DNA of 64,000 nt, taken from NCBI GenBank assembly GCA_011364965.1, contig RDOB01000001.1, positions 96,001-160,000 of the forward strand. The letters run 5' to 3'. Below, one piece after another: positions 29,385 through 40,224 of the stretch. Position numbers and translations under genes: made by a program. The notes beneath the pieces are model-generated. The model did not search any database, was not told where the DNA came from, and was given only the letters and a program-made list of their open reading frames with translations. Every line of letters begins with the position of its first letter. The first letter of the stretch is position 1. Source of the DNA: Candidatus Heimdallarchaeota archaeon. GTDB lineage: Archaea; Asgardarchaeota; Heimdallarchaeia; Hodarchaeales; Hodarchaeaceae.

Positions 29385-31568
29385 TTACTTCCGAGTAATA
29401 TACTGCCCTATTGCTAAATTGAGATCAATTTCTTCAATCACTGGTTTTTTCTTTTCAATGTAAGCTCTCTCTTCCTCTTTACTTAAATTCTTTAGAGGAT
29501 TTTTGTTTTCAGCGAGAAAACGGTTGATAGAGATAAAGATCGCACGGGAAACAATCCCTTTGAGATCTGCTCCAGTTAAACCATCAGTTCTTTTCGATAA
29601 GTCCATAAGGGATACTTTGGGTGAAAGAGGTTTTGATTTTGTTAATACTTGAAATATTTCTAATCGTGATTTTTCATCTGGTAATGGAAGATCGATCACT
29701 CGTTCAAATCGACCAGGTCTCATTAAAGCAGGATCAATAATATCTGGACGATTTGTGGCAGCAATGACTATAACATCATTTAATTCCTCAAGTCCATCCA
29801 TCTCAGTTAGTAGTGTTGTCACAATACGATCACTCAAATTAACATCTGAGCTTTTCGAGCCTCTAGAGGGAACTATGGCATCAATTTCATCAAAAAATAT
29901 AATACTAGGTGCAGCAAGTCGAGCTTTTCTGAAGGTTTCTTGAATTGCCTTTTCACTTTCACCAGCCCATTTAGAAAGTATTTCGGAACATTTTAATGTT
30001 ATAAAATTACGAGATGATTCATTTGCAACAGCCCTCACCATTAATGTTTTTCCTGTTCCAGGTTTTCCAGTTAAAAGGAGACCTCTTGGTATTTGACTCC
30101 CCATATATGAGAAAAGATGGGGATGCATACTTGGTAACTCGATAATTTCTTTCAATTCATCTTTTATTTTGTTTAAACCTCCCACTTGATCCCAAGTGAC
30201 AGTGGGGATCTCAACAAAGACCTCTCTTAGCGCGCTTGGCTTCATTTCTGCTAATGCGGCTTCAAAATCTGCTTGTTGCACAGTAATTTGATTTATAATT
30301 TCCATGGGTATTTCTTCTCCCCAAACGATCTTCGGAAATACTCGTCGAATAGCGCGCATTGCAGCTTCTTTCGTAAGTGAAGCTAGATCTGCTCCAACGA
30401 ATCCATGAGTTCTTCTTGCTATTGCTTCTAAATCAACATCTTTTCCTAAGGGCATCGACCTTGTGTGGATAGTCAGAATTATAAGACGTCCATTTTGATC
30501 AGGAACTCCTATCTCGATCTCTCGATCAAATCGACCTGGACGTCTTAACGCAGGATCAATAGCATTTGCACGGTTCGTTGCACCAATGACAATAATTTCG
30601 CCACGACTTTCCAATCCATCCATTAAAGCTAGCATTTGAGAAACAATTCTTCGCTCTACCTCTCCAGCGCCTTTATCATCTCGTTTCGGTGTAATACTAT
30701 CTATCTCGTCAAGAAAGATTATACTAGGTGATTTTTCGCGAGCTTCGTCAAAATAGGCCCGAATTTTCTGTTCACTTTCACCATAGAATTTGGACATTAC
30801 TTCTGGTCCAGAAACATGAATGAAGTGAGAATCTGTCTCATTAGCCACTGCTTTTGCCAGTAAAGTCTTTCCAGTTCCTGGAGGGCCATACAACAGGACA
30901 CCTTTTGGCGGTTCTACCCCGAGTCTTTCGAATAGCTCAGGATACCTCATGGGTAATTCCACCATTTCCCTTATTCGTTGAATTGTTTCATCCATCCCTC
31001 CAATATCTTCATATGCTATTTTTGGTATAACTTTGTATTCAGTAATTAGATCAGAAGCCTCAAAGTCTGAGGTAGTGGTTTCTATGATTGTTTCTTTATT
31101 TACTATTGCAGATTTGATGGGAGGAGTCAAACCAATTACTTTATATTCGAATCGATTACCCATATATTCTACAGCTATTTTATCATCAATAGACACTGGT
31201 CTACCTTGAAATTTTTGATATAAGAACGATTCTATGTTTGAAATACGAATATTATTTTTTGGAGAGACCAGAATCACTTTTTGAGCAAAATTTGATACTG
31301 CTTTCTTGATGTATACAATTTCATCTAAACGAACTCCGGCGTTAGTTCGGATTGTTGTATCAATAGCAATTGTTGAAAGATCCGCGTCAGTAAAGGAAGC
31401 CCAAACAATAGCGGTTGTTTTTTTATTTCCAGGGCCTTTAATTTCGATAACATCACCTTCAATCAAACCAAGCTCTTTTATATTAATTTTTGAAATTCGA
31501 GCTCGTCCTTTTCCTACATCCTGATAATGCGCTTCCTTTACTTTTAACTGAAGTCCTGATTTAGACAT
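29385..31568 (-). CDS. cdc48: CDC48/VAT AAA+ ATPase (paralog 1)
   Basis: N-domain plus two AAA modules ([16 protein letters not shown]; DEID; RPGRF). Confidence 0.96.
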   Translation of the reverse strand: MSKSGLQLKVKEAHYQDVGKGRARISKINIKELGLIEGDVIEIKGPGNKKTTAIVWASFTDADLSTIAIDTTIRTNAGVRLDEIVYIKKAVSNFAQKVILVSPKNNIRISNIESFLYQKFQGRPVSIDDKIAVEYMGNRFEYKVIGLTPPIKSAIVNKETIIETTTSDFEASDLITEYKVIPKIAYEDIGGMDETIQRIREMVELPMRYPELFERLGVEPPKGVLLYGPPGTGKTLLAKAVANETDSHFIHVSGPEVMSKFYGESEQKIRAYFDEAREKSPSIIFLDEIDSITPKRDDKGAGEVERRIVSQMLALMDGLESRGEIIVIGATNRANAIDPALRRPGRFDREIEIGVPDQNGRLIILTIHTRSMPLGKDVDLEAIARRTHGFVGADLASLTKEAAMRAIRRVFPKIVWGEEIPMEIINQITVQQADFEAALAEMKPSALREVFVEIPTVTWDQVGGLNKIKDELKEIIELPSMHPHLFSYMGSQIPRGLLLTGKPGTGKTLMVRAVANESSRNFITLKCSEILSKWAGESEKAIQETFRKARLAAPSIIFFDEIDAIVPSRGSKSSDVNLSDRIVTTLLTEMDGLEELNDVIVIAATNRPDIIDPALMRPGRFERVIDLPLPDEKSRLEIFQVLTKSKPLSPKVSLMDLSKRTDGLTGADLKGIVSRAIFISINRFLAENKNPLKNLSKEEERAYIEKKKPVIEEIDLNLAIGQYITRK

Positions 31569-31607
31569 AGAAATCGTTATCTCCCATAATTCTCAGCATA
31601 AGAACTT

Positions 31608-32237
31608 TTAATCAACTTTAACCTTCATTCCTTCTTTATCAGGGCATGATTGTTTTTTCAATTCAACCTCTAACACACCATTTTTGAACTTGGCTACTGC
31701 AGACTCAGGAATTATGATACAGGGCAATGTTAGCTCTTTATAATACCTTCTACGTCCATCTTTAGATTCAGCTTGAATTAAAAGACTATTATCTGTAGAA
31801 GAAAGGTCAATATCTTCTTTAGTCACTCCTGGAATTTCTGCTATGATTCGGAGATGTTCTAAATCGTCAATAATATCTATTAAGGGTTCACGTTCATCTG
31901 AAAACCGTTTTTCTCCACTTACTTGACGTTTGGGTGTATTTCCGAATCTTTCCACCCTTGGACGTCCATCGGGGCCTTGAGTCATTCTGAATCCCCAAAC
32001 AAATCCAGGAAATTGAGATTTGTAATCCTGCATATTTTGGAAACCAAAACGACGGAAAATATCTTCTAAAAAGAAATCCATGGAATCAAATATATTTTCA
32101 AAATTAAAATTCCCGAATTGGTTCATGAAATTATTAAAAAACTCATCAAATGGTGTATCTCGCCGCCTTCGACGAGGAAAACGCTCATCTTCATCATAAT
32201 CATCATCTTTTGGATTGGACATATATTTATTCACCAT
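31608..32237 (-). CDS. hsp20: Archaeal small heat shock protein Hsp20
   Basis: GPDGRPRVERFGN; REPLIDI; AEIPGV; FKNGVLEV. Confidence 0.95.
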   Translation of the reverse strand: MVNKYMSNPKDDDYDEDERFPRRRRRDTPFDEFFNNFMNQFGNFNFENIFDSMDFFLEDIFRRFGFQNMQDYKSQFPGFVWGFRMTQGPDGRPRVERFGNTPKRQVSGEKRFSDEREPLIDIIDDLEHLRIIAEIPGVTKEDIDLSSTDNSLLIQAESKDGRRRYYKELTLPCIIIPESAVAKFKNGVLEVELKKQSCPDKEGMKVKVD

Positions 32238-32309
32238 TACACAGTTTCCTTTCTACCTAAATAAGTGTTACGTTTTTATTCACATCAGCTAAATGATTTT
32301 ATTCACAAG

Positions 32310-32324
32310 AAGTGATTAACACTT
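32310..32324. promoter_or_regulatory. Inverted repeat AAGTG-ATTAA-CACTT, candidate operator of the hsp20 operon
   Basis: Lies about 20 bp downstream (minus strand) of a TTATAA box at 32345-32350, near the expected transcription start. Confidence 0.4.
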
Positions 32325-32493
32325 TTACCTCAGTACTAATAACCTTATAATTAATGTAAATAGTGAACAATAATGAGTAATAATCGTCCGAAACTGCTCT
32401 TGAAATCGTTATAATAAGTCGTCTGAGGGATCATTTAGAGGTCACGGAGAGGTTTCTTCGAAATGGACGAATCTAACAAAATAATTAACCAAA

Positions 32494-33276
32494 TTGAGGA
32501 GAAATAAATTGCCTATCCCCCGATCAGCTGAAGAAATTAGAAAACTAGAGCTTGAACTTGAGGAGCTTGTAAATAAATTTACAAATAGAGTAAAATTAAT
32601 ACGCGAGGATCTGAAATCATTAGTTAAAGATATTGAAGCCTTAAAAAATCATATAGACGATAGAAGAAAGTTATCAAATGACTACACGCGCGAAATTTCT
32701 GATTTAACGAATGATCTGCAAGTAATCAAATCTGAAGTCAATCAGGTTGAAAGTGAAATAACTTCTATCCAAACCCAAGTTGATTTGGTAAATAAAAACG
32801 CTTCTCAGGTACAGAATGATTTATCTGGAAAGAGAACAACGCTGGCATCTTCTACAACGGAAAGTTCCTCATTAGCAACTCAATTAAACGCTTTAGAAGC
32901 GGAGTTAGCATCCTTACAGGGTAAATTTGCCGAACAAACCCCAAAACACTCCGCAAGAATTAATTCTATGTTATCTCAACAAGAAAAATTAGCTACCAAA
33001 CAAGGTATGTTATCTAATCGTTTTGAAGCAATTCGTGTTTTGTGTAGGAAAGACTACATACAAACTCCTGAAGTAGGATTGGTGAAATTTCTAGCAATGA
33101 AACCAAGTTCTGAATCAACTTTAACAGAGGTTCATTCTGCGTTGGGTATGGACATATCTGTTTTGAAAAAAATGCTAAACCAACTGGATTCACGAAAAAT
33201 TTTGGATTTTAGCGAGCAAAAAGAAGTAATTAAATTGCTAGTAGAGATCGATTTGTTCAAAAAGGAGGTATTATAA
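32494..33276 (+). CDS. Long coiled-coil protein with C-terminal winged-helix-like domain (start may be TTG 32509)
   Basis: Heptad-rich for about 180 aa, then LTEVHSALGMDISVLKKMLNQLDSRKILDFS. Confidence 0.65.
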   Translation: MRRNKLPIPRSAEEIRKLELELEELVNKFTNRVKLIREDLKSLVKDIEALKNHIDDRRKLSNDYTREISDLTNDLQVIKSEVNQVESEITSIQTQVDLVNKNASQVQNDLSGKRTTLASSTTESSSLATQLNALEAELASLQGKFAEQTPKHSARINSMLSQQEKLATKQGMLSNRFEAIRVLCRKDYIQTPEVGLVKFLAMKPSSESTLTEVHSALGMDISVLKKMLNQLDSRKILDFSEQKEVIKLLVEIDLFKKEVL

Positions 33277-34008
33277 ATGGATACGGATACTTTGCGGGAA
33301 AAATTTATTAGAAGTGAAGAGGCCCTGATTAGACTAGGGGATGACACAAAGCAGTTAATTTTTTCCCGAGTTCAAGATTTCAAATCAATTAAAGAATATC
33401 TCGATACTCTCATTAAAGAAAAAGAAGCTGTTGATGCCCAAATAACTGAAAAGGAAGCTAAAATTGCTACGCATCAGAATGAAATTAATTCTCAAGCAAA
33501 TTTGAAGGAAGAACTGTTAAATAGACATACACAATTGAAAGAGGAATTACAAGCAAAAGAATCAAGATTAGAAGATCTCAATAATGAAAAAGCTCAAACT
33601 AGTGATAAAATTAATGTATTGAATGATGAGATCGCTGCTATGAAGACGTCCATTTCACAAAGAAAGGAACAAATCTCAGCGTTAACACGAAATATAGCTG
33701 ATTTAGAAGCTAAATTTGCAGCAGAGATAGAATCCACAACAAATAAAACTGCTGAAATATCACAAACTATCGAGAAGCTACAAAATGAAAACTCAATCAT
33801 ATCATTTTTGCTCGAGGAATCAGCAGAAGATATTCCAGAAGTAGATATTCTTGCAGCAGTCATGCAACTTGGAAAAATATCTAAAGAGGAATTAAAAACA
33901 ACTTTAAAAGATCAAATTTCCCCAGTTCTAATAACCCGAACACTTGGACGAATGGCAGAGAAAGGCCTTTTAAAATATGATGAGTCAAATGATATTATCT
34001 CAATATGA
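33277..34008 (+). CDS. Long coiled-coil protein with C-terminal winged-helix-like domain
   Basis: Heptad-rich, then ISKEELK..ITRTLGRMAEKGLLKYD; GGAGG RBS; abuts the upstream gene. Confidence 0.7.
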   Translation: MDTDTLREKFIRSEEALIRLGDDTKQLIFSRVQDFKSIKEYLDTLIKEKEAVDAQITEKEAKIATHQNEINSQANLKEELLNRHTQLKEELQAKESRLEDLNNEKAQTSDKINVLNDEIAAMKTSISQRKEQISALTRNIADLEAKFAAEIESTTNKTAEISQTIEKLQNENSIISFLLEESAEDIPEVDILAAVMQLGKISKEELKTTLKDQISPVLITRTLGRMAEKGLLKYDESNDIISI

Positions 34009-35058
34009 ATGACTGGAGTAATAGGTCTCTTGACCGAGATTAAAAATCAGATTTCTGATTGGAACTTCTTCAAAGCTCTACAAACAGGAAAAATACAATG
34101 CCTAGCTTGTCCTAGACATTGTCAACTAGTTGAGGATGAAATTGGATGGTGTGGAGCTCGTTTGAACAAGGGAGGAAAGATAATTCCTCGTACATATGGC
34201 CTAGTTTCTTCGATCGCTGTTGATCCAATAGAAAAGAAACCCCTTTATCATTTTCTCCCCGGATCAGACATTCTATCAATTGGGTCTCATGGGTGTAATC
34301 TGGGGTGTCTAAATTGCCAAAATTATTCTATTTCAATGAATCGTTCTATTACTTCTTTAAGGAAAATGCCCCCCGAGGAGTTAATTCAGATTGCTTTAGC
34401 AAAAAAGTTACCCTCAATTGCTTCTACTTATAATGAACCAATGATAGCCTTTGAGTATGTTCGCGATATAGCAAATTTGGCACACAATGAAAATTTAAAG
34501 ATGGTGGTCGTGGATAATGGGTATATTTCTAGAAGACTTGCAGAAAAACTTGCTCCACTGATTGACGCAGCAAATATTGACATAAAAGGTTTCTCAAAGG
34601 AATTTTATAAAGAAATTTGCAGTGCACCCTCTTGGAAACCGATTCTAAAGACATGTGAGATATTTCATGAAAATGAGGTTCATCTTGAGATCACAAATCT
34701 TGTGATCCCTACTAAAAATGATTCCTCAGAAATGATCAATGAGATGTGTAAATGGATATACCAAACACTGGGTGAGGACACTCCCGTGCATTTTTCTCGC
34801 TTTCATCCTGATTATAAGCTACATAATATACCTAGTACCCCTATTGGCACGCTAGAGAAAGCTTACCATATTGCAAAAGAAGTGGGGTTGAATTATGTCT
34901 ATATTGGCAATGTTAGATCCAGTAAGGGAAATAATAGTTTTTGTCCCAAGTGTGATAACTTACTAATTGAAAGAATGGGATTCTATACATCTATTGTCGG
35001 TTTAAAGAATGGAAAATGTACTAATTGCCATCAATCTCTTGCATTTATACTTTCTTAA
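34009..35058 (+). CDS. amrS: AmmeMemoRadiSam system radical SAM enzyme
   Basis: CPRHC..CGAR; DPIEKKPLYHF; CNLGCLNCQN; HFSRFHP; YIGNV. Confidence 0.93.
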   Translation: MTGVIGLLTEIKNQISDWNFFKALQTGKIQCLACPRHCQLVEDEIGWCGARLNKGGKIIPRTYGLVSSIAVDPIEKKPLYHFLPGSDILSIGSHGCNLGCLNCQNYSISMNRSITSLRKMPPEELIQIALAKKLPSIASTYNEPMIAFEYVRDIANLAHNENLKMVVVDNGYISRRLAEKLAPLIDAANIDIKGFSKEFYKEICSAPSWKPILKTCEIFHENEVHLEITNLVIPTKNDSSEMINEMCKWIYQTLGEDTPVHFSRFHPDYKLHNIPSTPIGTLEKAYHIAKEVGLNYVYIGNVRSSKGNNSFCPKCDNLLIERMGFYTSIVGLKNGKCTNCHQSLAFILS

Positions 35059-35501
35059 CCATCTAGTGAATCTGGGAAATTTGTAGCAAATGGAATTTCA
35101 TATAATTGTTTTTCATACAGAGTATAAATTTGAATTTTTGAGGGATCTTTATTCTTTCCAATAACCCACACATACGGAAAAGGCCAATTCTTCATAAATA
35201 GTAAATCTCTCTTTGATGGCTTTGTGTTACTAAAACTAGGATGGGAATGAAAGATTCCAATTAATGAATGTCCTTTTTTCTCAAAAAAATGGATTTCTTT
35301 AACCATTATCTCATAATCCAGAGAGAAACTGGTTGAAGATTGATCGAGATTTTCCATGATAGTTAAATTGTTAATATTAACAGAAGACTCATTAAAATGG
35401 CCGAAAAGTAAAACGATCTTCTCAATTTCTGAATAATCTCTTAGTAATTCTTTTAACTTGCCAAGAACATCCTTTTCCATAATAACGCGTTTATATATCA
35501 A
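35055..35501 (-). CDS. JAMM/MPN+ metalloprotease
   Basis: N-terminal Glu plus FHSHP...PSKRD motif. Confidence 0.88.
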   Translation of the reverse strand: MIYKRVIMEKDVLGKLKELLRDYSEIEKIVLLFGHFNESSVNINNLTIMENLDQSSTSFSLDYEIMVKEIHFFEKKGHSLIGIFHSHPSFSNTKPSKRDLLFMKNWPFPYVWVIGKNKDPSKIQIYTLYEKQLYEIPFATNFPDSLDG

Positions 35502-35537
35502 TTTTCAGACCCATATCACTATTTAAAGATAGTCTCA

Positions 35538-36917
35538 TCATGGATATTCAGGAAGATACTCCCTGGTAACTAAAATTGATGTTTCATATCCATTGTCCAT
35601 CGCTGACTCCGAGAAGGTTTGTTGCGCACTTGGTTCCCCATGCAGTGCAATAATTTTCTTAGGATGTGTATAACGCACCATTTCTAGCAAACCTTCGAGT
35701 GAAGCGTGTCCAGAGAATTCGAATTGTTTAATTTCCAGATTAAGCTGGACTTCAAATACATCTCCAAAGCCATCATCCAAAACTAAATCCGTATCACCTG
35801 ATACAATTTGATGCCCAACAGTTCCTTCTACCTGATAACCCACAACATAAAGACCATTCAATTTGCTTCCAGCGTGATATCGTAAATAATCGTATACTGG
35901 TCCACCTTCAAGCATCCCAGAGGTGGTTAATGCAATGTGACTTTTTTGATTATGGCTTAGCATCTCTCGTTTCTTAATTCTTTTTCCATGTGGCGATATT
36001 TCGTCGATTGAATGGATTCCGTCGTGATCAAAAGGTGAAGTAAGTCCCTTATCCTTTAGTTCTAAAAGTATCCGTTGAGAAACCCAATCTCTAGTTAGAT
36101 ATTTTCGATAAATCTCATTCATTTCAAGAATCATGCCATCAACATAAAGGGGAAACTTATGAAGGAAAGAGTCAAAATCATTCATTAAATAAGCTTGAAT
36201 TTCTTGAGAACGCCCCAAAGCAAATGATGGAATGATCGCTTTTCCCCCACGAGCATAACATTTCAACAAGCTTTTTGTTAAATCTGATGTAACAACTTTT
36301 CGACTTGCGATCTGCCTATCTGCATTCGTCGTCTCAATTAATAATATATCAATCGGATTATCTGGATCAGGGTAAACCATTGGGTCATGAAAGGGTGTTT
36401 TTGCGTTATTAAAATCCCCAGAATAAAAGATTCTGGTGCCCTCCCAATCGATTAAAATCGATGAACTTCCAAGAATGTGACTTGCATTATAAAATTCCGC
36501 GGTGATACCATCCGCTATCTTAAACTTTTTATTGTATTTGTGAATAGATATTTTGCTTTGTGCCTTATGCATGTCAGAAACGCCATAATGGTGAGGACCT
36601 TCTATTTTTAGGTGATCTTTCCAAAGAATTTGAAGAATATCTCTTGTAGGAGTTGTCATATAGGTAAGTCCTTTGTATCCAGCCCTATATAAGGCGGGAA
36701 TATAAGCAGAATGATCTATATGTGCATGAGAAAGGAGAAGAGCGGTCAATTCAGGTGCAAAAACATCTACACCTTCAGGGGGTGTAGATAGCATCCTAGT
36801 TTTACGGGGATGTAGCTGAATTCCTGCATCGATGATCACATGGTGATCCTTATCTGAAATCATCAAGCAGGATTTACCTACTGAATCTGATGCTCCAAAA
36901 ACCGTAATTTCTAACAT
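35538..36917 (-). CDS. Metallo-beta-lactamase beta-CASP ribonuclease (CPSF-like, no KH domains)
   Basis: SHAHIDHS, SHILGS, YSGD, ALGRSQE, SGMLEGG, FSGHA motifs. Confidence 0.9.
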   Translation of the reverse strand: MLEITVFGASDSVGKSCLMISDKDHHVIIDAGIQLHPRKTRMLSTPPEGVDVFAPELTALLLSHAHIDHSAYIPALYRAGYKGLTYMTTPTRDILQILWKDHLKIEGPHHYGVSDMHKAQSKISIHKYNKKFKIADGITAEFYNASHILGSSSILIDWEGTRIFYSGDFNNAKTPFHDPMVYPDPDNPIDILLIETTNADRQIASRKVVTSDLTKSLLKCYARGGKAIIPSFALGRSQEIQAYLMNDFDSFLHKFPLYVDGMILEMNEIYRKYLTRDWVSQRILLELKDKGLTSPFDHDGIHSIDEISPHGKRIKKREMLSHNQKSHIALTTSGMLEGGPVYDYLRYHAGSKLNGLYVVGYQVEGTVGHQIVSGDTDLVLDDGFGDVFEVQLNLEIKQFEFSGHASLEGLLEMVRYTHPKKIIALHGEPSAQQTFSESAMDNGYETSILVTREYLPEYP

Positions 36918-37074
36918 TATTTGAAACTCACGACCACCTAAGTATGAATAGGGGTCAATTGAAATTTGACTTAGAAGTAAATTAGAGTTTTTTCCTTTGA
37001 AGGTTCAAAATGCTATTGTTCTTTAATGAAAAAGTCTAAATAGCTCATTTAGACTAATCAGTATTTGATCGATA

Positions 37075-37785
37075 ATGTCAACAGATCTCCAACAGATATC
37101 AATTTCAGGAATCCCTATAGGGTTAATAATAATATTTCTTGGATCTTTATTGAATTTTCCCCTTCTTTATAATTTAGGAATCATAATTTTCTCTTTTTCC
37201 ATACTAATTTTGCTAGTACAATGGGTAGCGACTGGCGGATTTGCAGAATTTCTAAATTGGATTCCGATGCTGATTATTATTTCAATAATTTTCACTTTGG
37301 GAAGTGATTTTGTCTCTCAATCAGATCAAACACAGTTATTCACATGGCCTTTTATTCTAATTGTCCTTATAATCGTCTTAACTTTTTTTAGCTCACAAGG
37401 AGGAGATTTTAGCATTATAATACCTTTTATTCCTGTTCTAATTGGTCTAGGCCTCTTAGGGATTGTCGGAGGTGAATTATTATGGCAAGATCCACTAAGA
37501 GGGATAGCTTATGCTTTAGGGTTTTTAGGAATAACTATCATGTTAATATGGATGAAAATAAGAACCGTTCAGAAAAAGGAACCGGTAACAGGCGATAAAT
37601 TATCAATAATAAACAAATCGGGAACTGCAATTTCAGATATAAGTCCAGGAAAAGAAGGGAGAGTAAGAATTGGAGGAGCAATTTGGAAAGCAATCTCAGA
37701 TCATGTGATCTATGAGAATATGGAAATTATTGTCCAAGATCTATCCGAAACTCAATTAACCGTGAAAGTTGTACCAGCAAAATAA
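37075..37785 (+). CDS. NfeD-like membrane protein
   Basis: TM helices plus C-terminal OB-like GRVRIGGAIWKAIS. Confidence 0.82.
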   Translation: MSTDLQQISISGIPIGLIIIFLGSLLNFPLLYNLGIIIFSFSILILLVQWVATGGFAEFLNWIPMLIIISIIFTLGSDFVSQSDQTQLFTWPFILIVLIIVLTFFSSQGGDFSIIIPFIPVLIGLGLLGIVGGELLWQDPLRGIAYALGFLGITIMLIWMKIRTVQKKEPVTGDKLSIINKSGTAISDISPGKEGRVRIGGAIWKAISDHVIYENMEIIVQDLSETQLTVKVVPAK

Positions 37786-37862
37786 GGGCTTCTATCTCAC
37801 AAAATGACTTAAATTATTAATTAGTCTAGTTTATTTGCGTTCATTGGTAAAATCCCGGTAAG

Positions 37863-37936
37863 GGGCCGGTGGTCTAGCTCGGTATGACGCCTCCCTCACA
37901 CGGAGGAAATCGATGGTTCAAATCCGTCCCGGCCCA
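37863..37936 (+). tRNA. tRNA-Val(CAC)
   Basis: GGGCCGG/CCGGCCC acceptor; CCTCC-CT-CAC-AC-GGAGG; GGTTCAAATCC. Confidence 0.95.
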
Positions 37937-37952
37937 TTTTGATTCTCGTACT

Positions 37953-40160
37953 TTAACCGTTGAAAGCATCTAAAATATAAGAGTAGATATCTTTTTCTTT
38001 CCCTTCTGAGATATGCTTTAATCTTCTGACAATTAATTCAGGAGTAGATTTTGCATACTTATAATAAACAGGTGTACGATTAACTAGTAATTCCAACTCT
38101 TCGGAAAGTCCTTTTGCTTCAATTCCATCAATTCTAATTGGTTCTTTACTATATTCTGCTATTAGTTGTGCAAGATGAGTGACGAATATTCCCAAAGAGT
38201 TAGGATCACGACTTAATAAATCAAGAAACGCAGCTATGACTCGAGCAGATGCTCCAGGTTCTGAAATACTTTCCATTTCATCTGCTAGGACAAGTCGAGA
38301 TTCAGGACTTAAAATCATTTTTGATAATGTTCGTAAAGTACTTTCAAAAGCCCCTGCGTTCATTTGTCCGGATGATTTTCTGTAATAATGAAACTCCATA
38401 AATCCTCCAATTGAAGTTTTTTTTGCAGGAACTGGAAGACCCATTTGAGCTAGAATGACTATGATTGCCAAAGTTACCAATAAAGTTGTTTTACCACCGC
38501 TGTTTGCTCCTGATAATAGAATAATCCGCTCTCCTTTCACAAGTCCTTCAATTTTACCAAATTCCCCTGCTGCGTAGGAAACAGGTTCGAGGTTCATTTT
38601 CCCCAATAACGCCTGATTTGCTAAAAACAGATTTTTCCCTTCATCAACAATAATTCCAGTTCCTGAACCAAAAATAAATTGAGGTATTACCATTTGGTAA
38701 TCATTAGCAAATTTTCCAAGCATGAGAAGATAGTCGATTTCAAACATATTTTGCAAAGCATCTTTTACCAATTCAATAAATGGATAAAACGATCGAGCTA
38801 GACTCACTTTTAGCTCGAAGGCAGTAATTGCCCTTTTTTGTCTCAATAAATCTTTTATTCGATCAACAGATTCATCAATTGAGTCTATTGGATAACGAAG
38901 CTCACGAGGAAAAATTCCAGAGGCATAATCCAACTCTTCGTATTTTAAATTCAATTCTTTAACAAGTTGACTTTCTGCTTGGGTTATTAATTCTTCTACA
39001 GCCATAAATAATTCTTCATCCAAATAATCACGTAATTCAGAATTTCTTGAGCTGCTTGAATAACCTATTTCTTCATCTGCCATTCCCTTAAGTAAAGCTA
39101 TGATTTTCTCTCCACCTAGTTCTACTGTTGTATCCTTCAACATTTTTTCAAGCTGTTCATTCAATGTGAGTAGCACTTCAGATAATTTTTCATCAAACTT
39201 CACTTCTGCATTTAATAATCTAGAAAATTCTACACTAACTGATTCTGCAGGTTCACCTGAGTCAGTAATTTTGTTGAGCATATCACCCATTTCCTTGATC
39301 TGATTGAGATCTAATTCCCCAATAAACATAGGAAGATCAAGCGGAGGAAGTGTTTGAAGTAAATGGGCAAGATTGGCAATAGATTTTAAACAAATTTTAT
39401 TTCTAGCAAAAAAAATTAATGTTTTTTCAGGTAACAGTTGTATTATATCTTTTCTTTGACTCTCTGGAATCATGTATACATTGGGTAAGGATTCATCAAG
39501 CAGAATGTCAGAACCAATCCAGAGGATTTCATCATACTCTTTCATTGAGGAGATATCTTCGGGATCTTCTAAAAATATCATTTCACAATTATCAGCGATA
39601 TCTGTTTGACTCAATTCTTTGTAAATCTGTTTATCAGTAGTTATAATGATTCGAGAAGCTGTATCGAGTGAAATTATTCTGTCCTTTAATGGTGATAAAT
39701 TCTTTAATTGACTATCATAATCTTCTATGTGTTGTTTTGATTTTTCAATTAGGGAAATCAATTGCTTTCCTAATTGGGCTTGTTTTTGACGTTGTTTTAT
39801 CTTCTCGATGAATGATATAGGTAATGGAAAGTATAGATATAATTTTGAGCGAGAATATAAAGTATTCGCGTATTTGGAAATCAAATCGGTAATTCGATTG
39901 TAAATTAATATCGCATCCTCCGTTTTTAGGAAATTTTCCAATTTCTCACCCGTTTCTTGGAAATGTAGATTTCTACATAGAGTTAACGCGAATCTCTCCC
40001 CGATTCCTTCAATTGAGGATAATTCTGCTATCCTAGAATTTCTCAGGAGATTTAGAACAGTTTCCTCGGTTCCAAAAGCATTAATAAGCTTTTCTTCAAC
40101 CGAGGGGCCGATTCCGCGAATTTCTCTTAGTCTTTTTACGTCATTCATCTCTTTAATCAC
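37953..40160 (-). CDS. Archaeal MutS-like ATPase with N-terminal helix-hairpin-helix (MutS5 type)
   Basis: HhH motifs IRGIGP and IEGIGE; SGANSGGKT; LAQMGLPVPA; AGAFE; LADEME; FVTHL. Confidence 0.88.
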   Translation of the reverse strand: MIKEMNDVKRLREIRGIGPSVEEKLINAFGTEETVLNLLRNSRIAELSSIEGIGERFALTLCRNLHFQETGEKLENFLKTEDAILIYNRITDLISKYANTLYSRSKLYLYFPLPISFIEKIKQRQKQAQLGKQLISLIEKSKQHIEDYDSQLKNLSPLKDRIISLDTASRIIITTDKQIYKELSQTDIADNCEMIFLEDPEDISSMKEYDEILWIGSDILLDESLPNVYMIPESQRKDIIQLLPEKTLIFFARNKICLKSIANLAHLLQTLPPLDLPMFIGELDLNQIKEMGDMLNKITDSGEPAESVSVEFSRLLNAEVKFDEKLSEVLLTLNEQLEKMLKDTTVELGGEKIIALLKGMADEEIGYSSSSRNSELRDYLDEELFMAVEELITQAESQLVKELNLKYEELDYASGIFPRELRYPIDSIDESVDRIKDLLRQKRAITAFELKVSLARSFYPFIELVKDALQNMFEIDYLLMLGKFANDYQMVIPQFIFGSGTGIIVDEGKNLFLANQALLGKMNLEPVSYAAGEFGKIEGLVKGERIILLSGANSGGKTTLLVTLAIIVILAQMGLPVPAKKTSIGGFMEFHYYRKSSGQMNAGAFESTLRTLSKMILSPESRLVLADEMESISEPGASARVIAAFLDLLSRDPNSLGIFVTHLAQLIAEYSKEPIRIDGIEAKGLSEELELLVNRTPVYYKYAKSTPELIVRRLKHISEGKEKDIYSYILDAFNG

Positions 40161-40224
40161 TCAATGAATCTTGGATACCAGTTTTCTATGTGAATTTTTG
40201 TATATTATTTAGGTTACAGTCGAG

